A DNA stretch of 64,000 nt, taken from contig NC_043008.1 in the NCBI RefSeq assembly GCF_006345805.1, positions 61,814,001 through 61,878,000 of the forward strand, read 5' to 3'. Made by a program: the position numbers and the translations under genes. The notes below the pieces were generated by a model, which was not told where the DNA came from, made no database searches, and worked only from the letters and a program-made list of their open reading frames with translations. The DNA comes from Octopus sinensis. Lineage: Eukaryota. This document shows positions 52,447 to 64,000 of the stretch, piece by piece (positions within the stretch are counted from its first letter, which is position 1; every line of letters starts with the position of its first letter).

Positions 52447-53219
52447 ATACCAGAAGTACATAAATGTAAGTATATATATATATAGGCCCACACAAATACG
52501 TTCGCGTATATACAAATATATACATATATCCACAGATACACACAAGGTAAATCTGATTATTCATCTCAACCACGTGCGTATTTGATCAATGTATTACCAC
52601 AGTAAATATCAGGATCCGAGTGACGAAATAAATATATATGCACACATAATTAAGGATAAAATCAATTAATGATCTTATCAGTGATCACCACGTAATAAAA
52701 GTCAAAAGAGTGAACATTATTATCAATACATAATTATATAGAAATAATTAAGGGTACTGAGAAACAGTACCTGATCCTTACATATATATATAAGCAGCGA
52801 CTTACCCTTTTTGGTCTTATACGTAAGTATATATTCTTTAACACATGGTACGACTCTACAACACTGTCTCTCTCCCCCTCTCCTACATTTCTCTGCCTTT
52901 CACACTTTGCACTCCACTTTGATCTGTCTCTTTCTCACTCTCTCTCTCTCTTCTCCTCCTCCTTTTATTCCTTGTTCCCCTTCTTTCTCTCTTCATCTGT
53001 CCCTCTTTTCCTCTCTCTTTCCCTCACACGTGACTAGCCTCTTCGTGGTCAGCAGCCGTTGCGACAAGACACATTTTTTTATCTCTGTAGCCCTAAGGCT
53101 TTTTTCTAACGCCAGCTCAAAAATTTACTCGTCCTGTCGAAAAGACGCTTGTCTGTGACGTCCTATTTTTGTTGTTATTATTATTATCATTATTGTTTTT
53201 ACGTATTTTTGGTATTTTT

Positions 53220-53470
53220 ATTCATGTAACATCGTCCGGTTTTCCGTCCTTGTTTTGTATACATTCGAGGCTTTCTTCCAAGGAATCTAATGCGCTTGGC
53301 TTAGATTTTCCTTTGGGGCTGGCCAGATCGGAGCAATCTCAAGATTAATCAGCCAAAATTGCGAAGATGATCCGGTTCTTGACTGAAGATTGAAGGCTTC
53401 GAATGTCCCGTCCGTGTTTTTTCTATAGTCTTCTAAATGTTTCACGTTCTTGTCCTAGTTTGTATTTTTA
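53220..53470 (+). mobile_element. Dispersed repeat (paralog of 18955-19135) carrying an HHR-like motif
   Basis: Colinear similarity with 18955-19135. Confidence 0.7.
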
Positions 53471-53471
53471 C

Positions 53472-53525
<54 letters not shown>

Positions 53526-53724
53526 ATATATATATATATATACATATATATGTATGTATGTATGTATGTACGTATATACATACATACCACACGCACTAAA
53601 TTCACAAAGTGAGAATGGGTGCTTTGCACAGCATTGTGGGTTGACAAAGCTACCTTTTACAATTGCTCGAGTGTATCACATTTGAACGTTGATACACGTC
53701 TCAATTTTGGACATATATTCGGAG

Positions 53725-53860
53725 GGCTCTCACAGAGTTTCCGTCTACAAGTTCATTCACAATGCATTGATCGGCTTGCAGCTATAATACAAGTTTGCTC
53801 AAGTTGTCGTAGAGTGGGACTGGACCCGAAACCATCTGGCCGCAAAGCGACTACCTGCAA
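53725..53860 (-). mobile_element. Old SINE family A fragment
   Basis: gtttccgtctacaag...cacaa...gtgggactggacccgaaaccat. Confidence 0.6.
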
Positions 53861-56800
53861 CACACAAACATGTCTGTGCATCATATTCTTATACCTCTGC
53901 CAATTTGACGCATTTAAATATTGCACAATCCAATACATCCAGTTTTTGCTTTCAGTAAAAGAATAGAACGTGGTTGGGTTGTAATTTGTAACACCGCCTT
54001 TGTAATTAGAAATGCTTGATACAAGAAACATATGCATTATACGAATCCTTATTTAGCATTACATAAGTGCTTCACCCTATATTTCCGTCACGATGTTCCC
54101 TATTGCAACTACATCTGTACGCTATTTCCCCACGCTTTAAGTAACACTAAGTGGATTAGACAATATAATTTATGATTATATAGGAGAGCTTTTGCTATCC
54201 CATATTACTGAATCATATATTACATTTGATAGGAATGCTCCTCTAAAATGTTAAAGTAAATTTCGAACCATAAACCTTGATATTATTAAATACTTATTAC
54301 ACTGAAGCTGAGAGATTCAAACTACAACAATTCCCTATACTCAGGTAGTAACTGACAAAAGCAGAAAATTGTTGAGATGATTGCCACCAAAAATTCTGTC
54401 TCTTTTATTTAAGAATTACAAAGGAATTATGTATCCTGGACAATTATCATAATTAACATTATCGATAAAAATAGTTAACAGAATTAGCTGCTAAAGTGCC
54501 ATTTATAGGGCTATTAGAAAATCAGAACACCGATACCTCTTAGAGTGGGTGTAGTATATAAATCACTTCTAATGAATACTTCAGTCGTCTACCAAAAATG
54601 GTCTTTGACAGCAATAATTATAATCATTTGACCCTATAAATATGTTTTGATCAAGAAAATAGCGTTATTATAAGTCTATAAAATATAATTGAGATGTCTA
54701 AACATTTACAGTAATGTTACTGAACGGTCTTCTTTCAATACTTTATCAAATTGTCGAATGCTGAGCAGTAAATAGAATTATTCTAGCGAGACGATACTAA
54801 TACGAGATTCCGTGAATCAGTTGGTGTCAGTTCATTTCACAAACAATAGCAACACCCTCAAGTAAATGTTTTTCGTGTCTATTGAATAGAAACGCTTGCT
54901 ATTTGTGATAAAAGCTATAAACAAGAAATACAGTAATGCAGCAGTGTAAATCAATTGCCCTAGTTCACTTGGCAGATACCTGGTTCAAATGTCAATTTTT
55001 TATTTTCCTCTTTTCTATGAAATAATTACCGGTTATATACACATGTGAATAACAATAAACATACCTTAAGTACTTTTAAAATTGGCCTTGAACCAAGGTC
55101 AAAGTTTGGATAAGGACCTTTACCCTAAGCCAAGATACCAGCTCTTCGGTCAAGTTTATTTTAAGGATTACATTAACAGCTAAGGCTACCTCATTTTATT
55201 TACATCGCTATAATCACATGTAATCCACACCCGCGAATGCGGAATCTAATACGTTGTGCGTACATTATTTTGTTTGTTCCTTTCCTTTACATTAGCTAAA
55301 GGAGAGCCTATTATTACTCTAGGTATATCTGTAGACAACGCAGATTTGCTTCTATAAGTCCTTTATGTTTCGAATATCATATAAAGGTCGTATGTAACTC
55401 TTGACCTTTCGTAATTTGTGTGTGTGTGTGAGTGGGTGGGCGTGCCTTCATGCGTGTGTGTGTATGCATGTGTGTTTGTGTGTGTGTGAGTGGGTGGGTG
55501 TGCGTTCATGTGTGTGTGTGTGTGTGAGGTATGTTTACGCTTGACATCTATTTATGCCTGGTGTTTCTCTTAGAAAGGGCGGCAGTATAAATTTTCGATA
55601 CAATTTTACGTCCGTAGCTGTGAAACCAGTTTTCTCAGTTTGCTTATAGAATAGTTTGAGCAGTTTTGTACCCAGATCTGGAGAATGGTGGGAGGATTTA
55701 AATGCAATATTATCTAGGTAACACAGAGCACATGAGAAGATGAGTCTCTGTAGTAACACTATTTGGGACATAACACAGTCTAAATGCCTTGTACTTGAAC
55801 ATCTCATTGGTTTTACAAATTCACAGTTTACTAGTCATCGTTTGGCATTGTTTCTTCAGGTGGTTTCAAGTATATTTTCAAGAGTAAAAGCAAGGAAATA
55901 GAGTAGATATATTTCCTGGCATTGATGTCATATAGTGTGACATGGGGAAACTTGCTTTTGATGAAGCCATTATATATTTTCTGTGTTAGGTTTGCTACAC
56001 ACACACACACATGGCAATTGAATGTAAGAGCATGCCCGTGTCATAAAATTTGGGATAATATATATATATATTATTCTGCGATGGGCATGTATGATAATAA
56101 ATCACTAGCATTTTGTTGGTACTTGATTATTACTCTAATTTTAACCGGCTTCCAGATTCTTTGATTTGCGCTGTCTTCGGACGAGTTGTTAAAGATATTC
56201 GTGATTGCTGTGTGTCCTCCAGGGTTTAGTTCTATTAAGTTCATGTTTGTAGATATGTCAAGTTCTGTGACTGTTTTGTTTCTAGATTCTTCGTCAGCTT
56301 TTAGGTTTTTTATGAAGGACGTATTCAAAATCATGACCTGTTTAGAAGATGCACATTTTCTTATTTTACTTCTTGTCTTTTTTTGTTCATAATACGCACA
56401 AACACAAATACAGATGCATTCACATATATACTTATTATGCACTCGAAAAATACGTATCCAGTCTGTGACTGGGTACATATATGCAGATACTCGTATGCAT
56501 GATTATATGTGAGTATGTGTATTTGTGCACTGACCCCCAACCAACAACCCTAAAAGTCTAGCTCTTTAAGTACTACGCCTTAGCAATCTCATAAACAACG
56601 CCTTAACGTAAATACTATATTGTCCTTAAGACGTCATGGTTTGAAAAAATACAGATGAAAAAAGAGAAAAAGTAATATCATTACAGTAAAATTCTGTAAT
56701 CATCTTGCACAATCTTTCGTAACAAACTCATTATGTACCAGTCCAATTTCAACAAACTATTTCCCAGTCATTAATTTCTACTCCATACATCTGCCAACAA

Positions 56801-57439
56801 CAACCCCTTAGCAATATTTTTTTCTACACAGATTGTATAAATTACGAATTATCATCATAACATCAATGGTAAAAATTGAGAAATTTTACAAATATCTAAA
56901 AACCCAACGGGCTGAATTATTAGAAGGATCGTCTCTCAATTCAACAATAACACATTCAGTATAGCACATTTACTGTAGCACGTGTAAGAAATTACGTACA
57001 GCACAGAGACATTGAAAAATAAACCTGAATATATGTAGACGAAATACGTAAACACATATGTAACCTCTCTAATAAAATGTACCAACATTTAACACTACTG
57101 AAATAAAACTCTACATAAGTTAATTAAACACAGAAATACCAATGAAAATAATAAACCATCGCAAAGGAAGAAACTAGCAAATATTTGTAGCCAATTTAGT
57201 CTGCAGAACTAATAATAAACTGTAGATTAATTAGCATCATAACCTTAACAATAACATCGTTCAGATAGCATGGCACATAAGAATAACTACAGTTAACCAT
57301 ATATCGACACTGCAAAATTAAGCAAAGTGCTGATTAGACATTTCGCATAATCTTTCGTGTTTGTTGAGATATACAAATAAATATACGGCTGGGTATATAC
57401 ATTTGCATATACATAGATACATTCTGTACACAAACACTC

Positions 57440-57496
<57 letters not shown>

Positions 57497-57499
57497 ATG

Positions 57500-57530
<31 letters not shown>

Positions 57531-57536
<6 letters not shown>

Positions 57537-57632
57537 AAAGCGATTGAGAGAGAGAGAGAGATACATACATATAAACATACATTTATACATATACATACAC
57601 ACACACAAATATACACACACACACACACAAAT

Positions 57633-57702
<70 letters not shown>

Positions 57703-58269
57703 GTAATTTTACAGACAGAACCACCTTCAATTCAATCAACACTGAAAGATTTTATACCCGACCACTCCATAAAATGTTAAATATTAAATCTTATACTAAC
57801 TATATCTATACTGTATCCTGTATTTTCCGTTTATAAGACTACACATATATACATATATATTCTGTTATTCTCCTATTTTTTTCAGTCATTTGATTGCTGC
57901 CATGGTGGGACACCGCCTTTAGTCCAGCAAATCGATCCCATGACTTATTCTTGTAAGCCTAGTACTTATTCTATAGGTCTCTTTTGTCGAACCGCTAAGT
58001 TATGGGCACATAAACACAAAAGCATCGGTTGTCAAGCGATGTTGGGTGATAACACAGACACAAACATATATACATACACATATATACATGCATGCATACA
58101 TATATATACGGCAGGCTTCTTTCAGTTTCCGTCTACCAAGTTCCCTCACAAGGCTTTGGGCGGTACGAGGCTATTTAAAGACACTTGCTGAAGGCACCAC
58201 GCAGTGTGAGGGAACTCGGAACCATGTGGTTGGTAAACAAGTTACTTACCACACAGCCTCTCCTGCGTT

Positions 58270-58310
<41 letters not shown>

Positions 58311-58418
58311 AAAGCGATTGAGAGAGAGAGAGATACATACATATAAACATACATTATACATATACATACACACACACACAATATACACACACACACAAAT
58401 ACACACACACACACAAAT

Positions 58419-58463
<45 letters not shown>

Positions 58464-59065
58464 AGTAATTTTACAGACAGAACCACCTTCAATTCAATCA
58501 ACACTGAAAGATTTTATACCCGACCACTCCATAAAATGTTAAATATTAAATCTTATACTAACTATATCTATACTGTATCCTGTATTTTCCGTTTATAAGA
58601 CTACACATATATACATATATATATTCTGTTATTCTCCTATTTTTTTCAGTCATTTGATTGCTGCCATGGTGGGACACCGCCTTTAGTCCAGCAAATCGAT
58701 CCCATGACTTATTCTTTGTAAGCCTAGTACTTATTCTATAGGTCTCTTTTGTCGAACCGCTAAGTTATGGGCACATAAACACAAAAGCATCGGTTGTCAA
58801 GCGATGTTGGGTGATAAACACAGACACAAACATATATACATACACATATATACATGCATGCATACATATATATACGGCAGGCTTCTTTCAGTTTCCGTCT
58901 ACCAAGTTCCCTCACAAGGCTTTGGGCGGTACGAGGCTATAGTTAAAGACACTTGCTGAAGGCACCACGCAGTGTGAGGGAACTCGGAACCATGTGGTTG
59001 GTAAACAAGTTACTTACCACACAGCCTCTCCTGCGTTTATGTATATATATATATATATATATATA
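57531..59065. repeat. Near-identical tandem duplication, period about 770 bp, each unit containing a family A SINE (minus strand; 57861-58267 and 58625-59036)
   Basis: atgtataaagcgattg occurs at 57531 and 58305. The units differ almost only by small indels and microsatellite length, and they join within a (TA)n tract. Confidence 0.9.
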
Positions 59066-59650
59066 TACACCTATGTATATACCTATGTATGTATGTACAT
59101 ATCTTTAGATGACATTTTTTAGCTTATTTTAACGTAGTAACCTAGAATCTTTTTGTTTTTTGCTACTCTTGAACTATTATTTGATTCTCTCTAAATCTTT
59201 GCAATAAACTTCGCCGAAAAAACTGTTACCAGTTTCGAGAACGTAATTGTCCGAGCGTTGTTACATTATATTCTATAATTGTTATATATTTTCTTGTCCA
59301 ATTACTGAACTACTTATAACTTGAGGATTTTTCCTAGCTATTGTTGTGAATGAATGAGTTCAGAAATATTTGGCCCATGAGCATTAGTTTCTTCATACAT
59401 CTAAGAAAAATTATAAATTGATGACAGTGCAGTCCAGAAAAAACGGATTAATACATTTTGCATTTCGTTTTCCGTATTTATAATTCTCAGTGTGACACAC
59501 TCAAGCGCTTGGGAAAAATCACATAAGCGATCATTTTCCGTTCGGTTGCACCTTATCTATTATAATGAAAGCTATCTGCCTGAGACTGTCACTTTTGCTA
59601 CGATACAACCTTTTAATATATATTAAATCCTTCCTTTGAATTTCAGGTTA

Positions 59651-60039
59651 CTCTTTTACTCTTTTACTTGTTTCAGTCATTTGACTGTGGCCATGCTGGA
59701 GCACTGCCTTTATTGGAGCAAATCGACCCCAGCACTTATTCTTTGTAAGCCTAGTACTCATTCTATCGGTCTCTTTTGCCGAACAGCTAAGTTACGGGGA
59801 CGTAAACACACCAGCATCGGTTGTCAAGTTATGTTGTGGGACAAACGCAGACACACAAGCATATATACACACACATACATATACATATATACGAAGGGCT
59901 TCTTTCAGTTTCCTTCTACCAAATCCACTCACAAGGCTTTGGTCGGCTCGAGGCTATAGTAGAAGACACCTGCCCAAGTTGCCACGCAGTGGGACTGAAC
60001 CCGGAACCCTGTGGTTGGTAAGCAAGCTACTTACCACAC
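59651..60039 (-). mobile_element. SINE family A
   Basis: Matches the other copies, with the (ctttta)n tail at the left end. Confidence 0.92.
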
Positions 60040-63000
60040 GCATTGAGGTTAATATAAGTTCTGAGCTTCAATCCTATTACGACTAAATTATTTTGCTAAA
60101 TTCCTCATTAGTTTCAAAATCCTCAAAAGTACTTTAATAGAAATATAGCAATTACGTGTACTTTAATAGAAATATGGTAATAAAACGGTTAACGGCTTTC
60201 TTCGGTATCTATAACATTTTACCAGATGTTGACAGTCTTGATATAACAGATTTTACCTTGAATGGAATTGCTCCTTGATAGTTTACACAAATCACTTATA
60301 CTAGTGATAGATATTTACATCTAACATACATTGTTGTTATTATTACTCCTGCTATTTGCTGCAGATTATCTCCTGCTATGCCGTTTTATGACCACTATTC
60401 AGAAATCCAAACTTACTTGGGCTACATGTATTCAATATGCACTTCCCTTGCTGCAATATTACCGTACAATTTGGGATTGATTTCGGTATATTTTTTAGCA
60501 GTTCTACTGAGTGAATACATACCAAAACATTAGTTCTCAATCCTCTTATAAAATTATAGTATTAATATTCTAGAGTTGATCAAATTGTTAACAAATACTA
60601 AATCATGTACTTAGTGGGGCTAAGCATATATTTATGGCAGTATATAAATCTTTACCAAATATATACAGAGTCTTACTTTATGTGCAATTAGTACTCTCTT
60701 CCCCAATATTATAATTACACACTGGGAATATTATCTTAATAGTGTTTCAAATTGCCGTACAAATTTTCCGTTAAAAATATGTACATCGAAAGATGAATTC
60801 CCTATTTACTTGTTCTAATGGCGATATGGGCTGATCCGGAGTTAAGTGGTAAATTGTTGTCTACTGCAGTTACGTAAAAATGATAATAATTTCTGTATTA
60901 ACTGTGCATGTTTAAATCTTGTAGTATGTAGAATGTTGTCGCAAAATAAGAGCTGCTTTGAACTTCGTATACCCAATCGTTTTCACATACAAGCTTGAAC
61001 ATTCAGTTAGGTAAAATACCATTTCTGTTGAACAATCAATGATTCTTATTTACGATAACATACTATTTATGATTGCAAGTGATCTAAAATTCCAACTAGC
61101 TATTTCATGATTTTCTCATCTTTATTAGCAATAAATTTCGTTGTTTTTACCTTTTTGTTGTGATTGATTTGTCTTCTTGAATTATGTTATCTTGCCGGAC
61201 CTGAGACGTGAGCCTGTTCAAAAAGCTTTGCTGTAACATTTGTATCATGAGATATCCGTAAATGGAAAGCAGCTCGAGTATCTGTTTAGTACATTCTAAT
61301 GATTGCTTACTTTTTTCCAAAAAATCAGAGTCTCCGAACATGTTTGATATTTTTCATTATGTACCAGTAACTTTGGATCCCTATCAACTTTTGGATGATA
61401 GAGCTGTTTCCCCATTCCAGCCAAGTGTTAATCCACGAGCAAAAGCTACATTATCATTTACCATCTATAGACATCTGCTGACAAAAATGCACTTCTTTGA
61501 ACTCCAATACTTTAATTAATGATAAATGATGGGTGCCTACAAATGAGTTGCATCTTAATAATCTTATATGCAGGAGATAAGTATGTATCTTAGAAAGCAT
61601 TCATTTGTGTGATATGTGATATTCATTCCAGCTAGTAGCAGCTACGAGAGATTGGAAACCTCTTAAGAAACGCATAAACCACGTAACTTCGTTATGTAGG
61701 GTGCACGAATGAGTCTCATTCCACAAACAAATTCTTTCCTTCCGAGACAAGTTCATTGGTTTGTATTTCAATTATAATTTATAATCAACAATATTTATAA
61801 AATAATATAAACGTAACCAATTAATCCTCTCTGTTCTCTGATGCAATAGAACTAATGTAAACAACTACCTGATGCAATGTCCTCTGATGCAATAGGACTA
61901 ATCATACTAACAGCTGACAGTTCTAGAATTATCAACCGTAACATCATTAAACTAACATTATCCGTCTTTGAAAAAGCGCGTATGATTAAAGTGCTGAGTG
62001 TGTGTTTTAGAGTGATGTGCATATATATGTACAAAGTGAAATAGAGACGAACAACCACTCAGTTAACAAAATACACAAACACACACTTACACATCCTAAC
62101 AACATTAGAATGCTTTGAGCTTCTATGAGCCACTGGAATTGCTGGAAATAGAAGTTAAATCTACCTTGAATTCGTCCCTACTGTTTTAAAATAATGGGGA
62201 AATGCTGATGTTATTTTAGTGATGCCCACGCAAGACTATATGATGAAGGCCTAAATGACTTCCCTCATAGCTCCAGAGCACACTTGTTTATCAGACTGAA
62301 GTGTGACTAAACAACATCGTCAATAGCAAAGTTACACTGATATACAGAAATAACGTATAACAGTGAAAGAAAAACATATCCTGTCAGCCGAAAGCGAAAA
62401 CGAGAGGGGAAAGTGTCGGTGAGTCAGCTATAGTACATTAAAAAAAGTAATAATTAGAAAATTACACACTTCTTTACAAATAACAAGCACGATTATTCGT
62501 CAAAGGTGCTAAGATATTCTTTGTTGAATGTCCTTTCATTTCTTTTTTGTTGTTATTGTTACTGCTAGTTGTTTTTCCTTTCAATATAAAATCAAATTCA
62601 GTACCTCTACTCATCAATAAAATACACGAATAAACTGCTAGAAATTTCCGGAGGGAGCTTTCACCAGTAGAACTATTAAAATTTTGCTAAAAATCCAATC
62701 ATTAATTTCTTTACTCTGCTAATTGTATTTTTTTTTTCAATTATATATATAGTTTTGGTATTTTATTTTTTTTAATTTTCAGGTTCCATAGCTACACACA
62801 TCAAAAAGAAAGATATTAAGTTCAGTTAAATATGAAGCTTTAATCTTAACACTAAATCCCTCCGGAGACAAGCAGTACAACCTTGATTATTTTAGCAAGT
62901 CTTGATTTCCTATTAAAACTTAATCTCCATTGTAATTGGTTTTATAATGATACTGTTATTGACACCTCTCACGCCAGTTCTTGTTAATTGAAAATCTACA

Positions 63001-64000
63001 AATCACTCATCGATATTCACTACTCATGTTGTGTCAATACTCTACATCTTTTCACATTTACCATCATATATGTAGTCACATATATAAACTGTAATAAATT
63101 TTGTCGGATTAAGCTTATCAAGAGATATAACGCATTAAACTCTGATCACCTGTGACACATATTATATATATATATGTAAAATATTTTTCAGGTTTTAGAT
63201 AACTAAAATATTGAAAAAAGGGATAACTGGAATTACTAATTACGGTGTGAGTCGGTAAAAAGTCATAGTATATAGATCTTGGTTTCATATAAGTTTTCAT
63301 TTCGTGTGCGAAATTTCGTCTGAGGTCAGTAACATTGTTCTGAGCAAAGGGCTTACGTAGTATTGAGAATGCATATAAAGGGCGAAAGAAGAGGGAACCC
63401 GAAATGAAACTGGTAAATTTCTTTTCGCAATGACGTATGTCAAGATTGAAACGGACTCATAGTGACGAGAGAAGCAACAGCATATAAACAGAAAGAGAGA
63501 GAAGGGAGGAGAGAGAGTGAGTGAGAGAGAGTGAGTGAAAGAAATAAGGAGAGAGAGAGGGAGATACAGATAGAGAGACATGTATATGTGTATTATACGC
63601 ATGTACATTGTACAGTGCGTAAGTGAGAAGTGGAAGATTCCAGATCTAACGTTTTATTCACATCTCTCATTTCCATTCCAAAATCGAATCCAATACAAGT
63701 TGCTTACTGCTAGAGCTCCTTTTACCATAGATCCACACCATTTGTGCCTAGGTGCAAGGAGCAAGTATGGTAAAGAAGTTTCTCACTGTTTCTTGCGATA
63801 AATACTTATATATAATTTGGACACAAAGTCAGCTGGTGATGTATTGGCTAATTTCATTCAGTAGAAGGCTTTCCATTCGAACTTGAAAGAAGAATGGTTA
63901 TGAATGCTCGTATTTTTACAAAAGTCATTAGACATAATACGGATGTAGTGTCAACTCAAACAACGTCAAAGGTAAGACAGCGAACATAATTTAAAAGGAG

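Noticed and set aside
56071-56478. 135-aa minus-strand ORF with a possible acceptor at about 56338
   Set aside because: It starts in a TG/TA microsatellite, has no recognisable domain and no convincing donor; it cannot be supported without RNA-seq.
61147-61519. Short overlapping ORFs with splice-like sites on the minus strand
   Set aside because: No consistent open exon chain or recognisable protein in any frame.

Overview
This is AT-rich eukaryotic DNA saturated with microsatellites, and it appears to be non-coding. Its SINE families and repeat landscape look like Octopus (coleoid cephalopod); this is my recognition, not a database result. I cannot support any intact protein-coding gene: the ORF track is mostly microsatellite translation or decayed transposon sequence. 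Recognisable remnants are CR1-like (two), R4/Dong-like, L1/Tx1-like, mariner and maT/ITm transposase fragments, one complete and one partial non-autonomous Helitron, and more than 15 tRNA-derived SINE copies. The main discovery is a dense set of type I hammerhead ribozyme (HHR) motifs from several unrelated sequence families. They are: an intact single HHR (998-1082, minus); a tandem retrozyme-like element with two HHRs 478 nt apart (39409-40240); a 292-bp rod-like inverted repeat with one HHR-like fold on each strand (24981-25272); a 351-nt HHR-bearing unit with a fold-back head (25827-26327); a further core-intact HHR (52386-52446); and several decayed relatives. Most lie between or beside (TA)n tracts, and no autonomous Penelope-like partner is visible in the window. 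All folds were done by eye and no activity has been tested.
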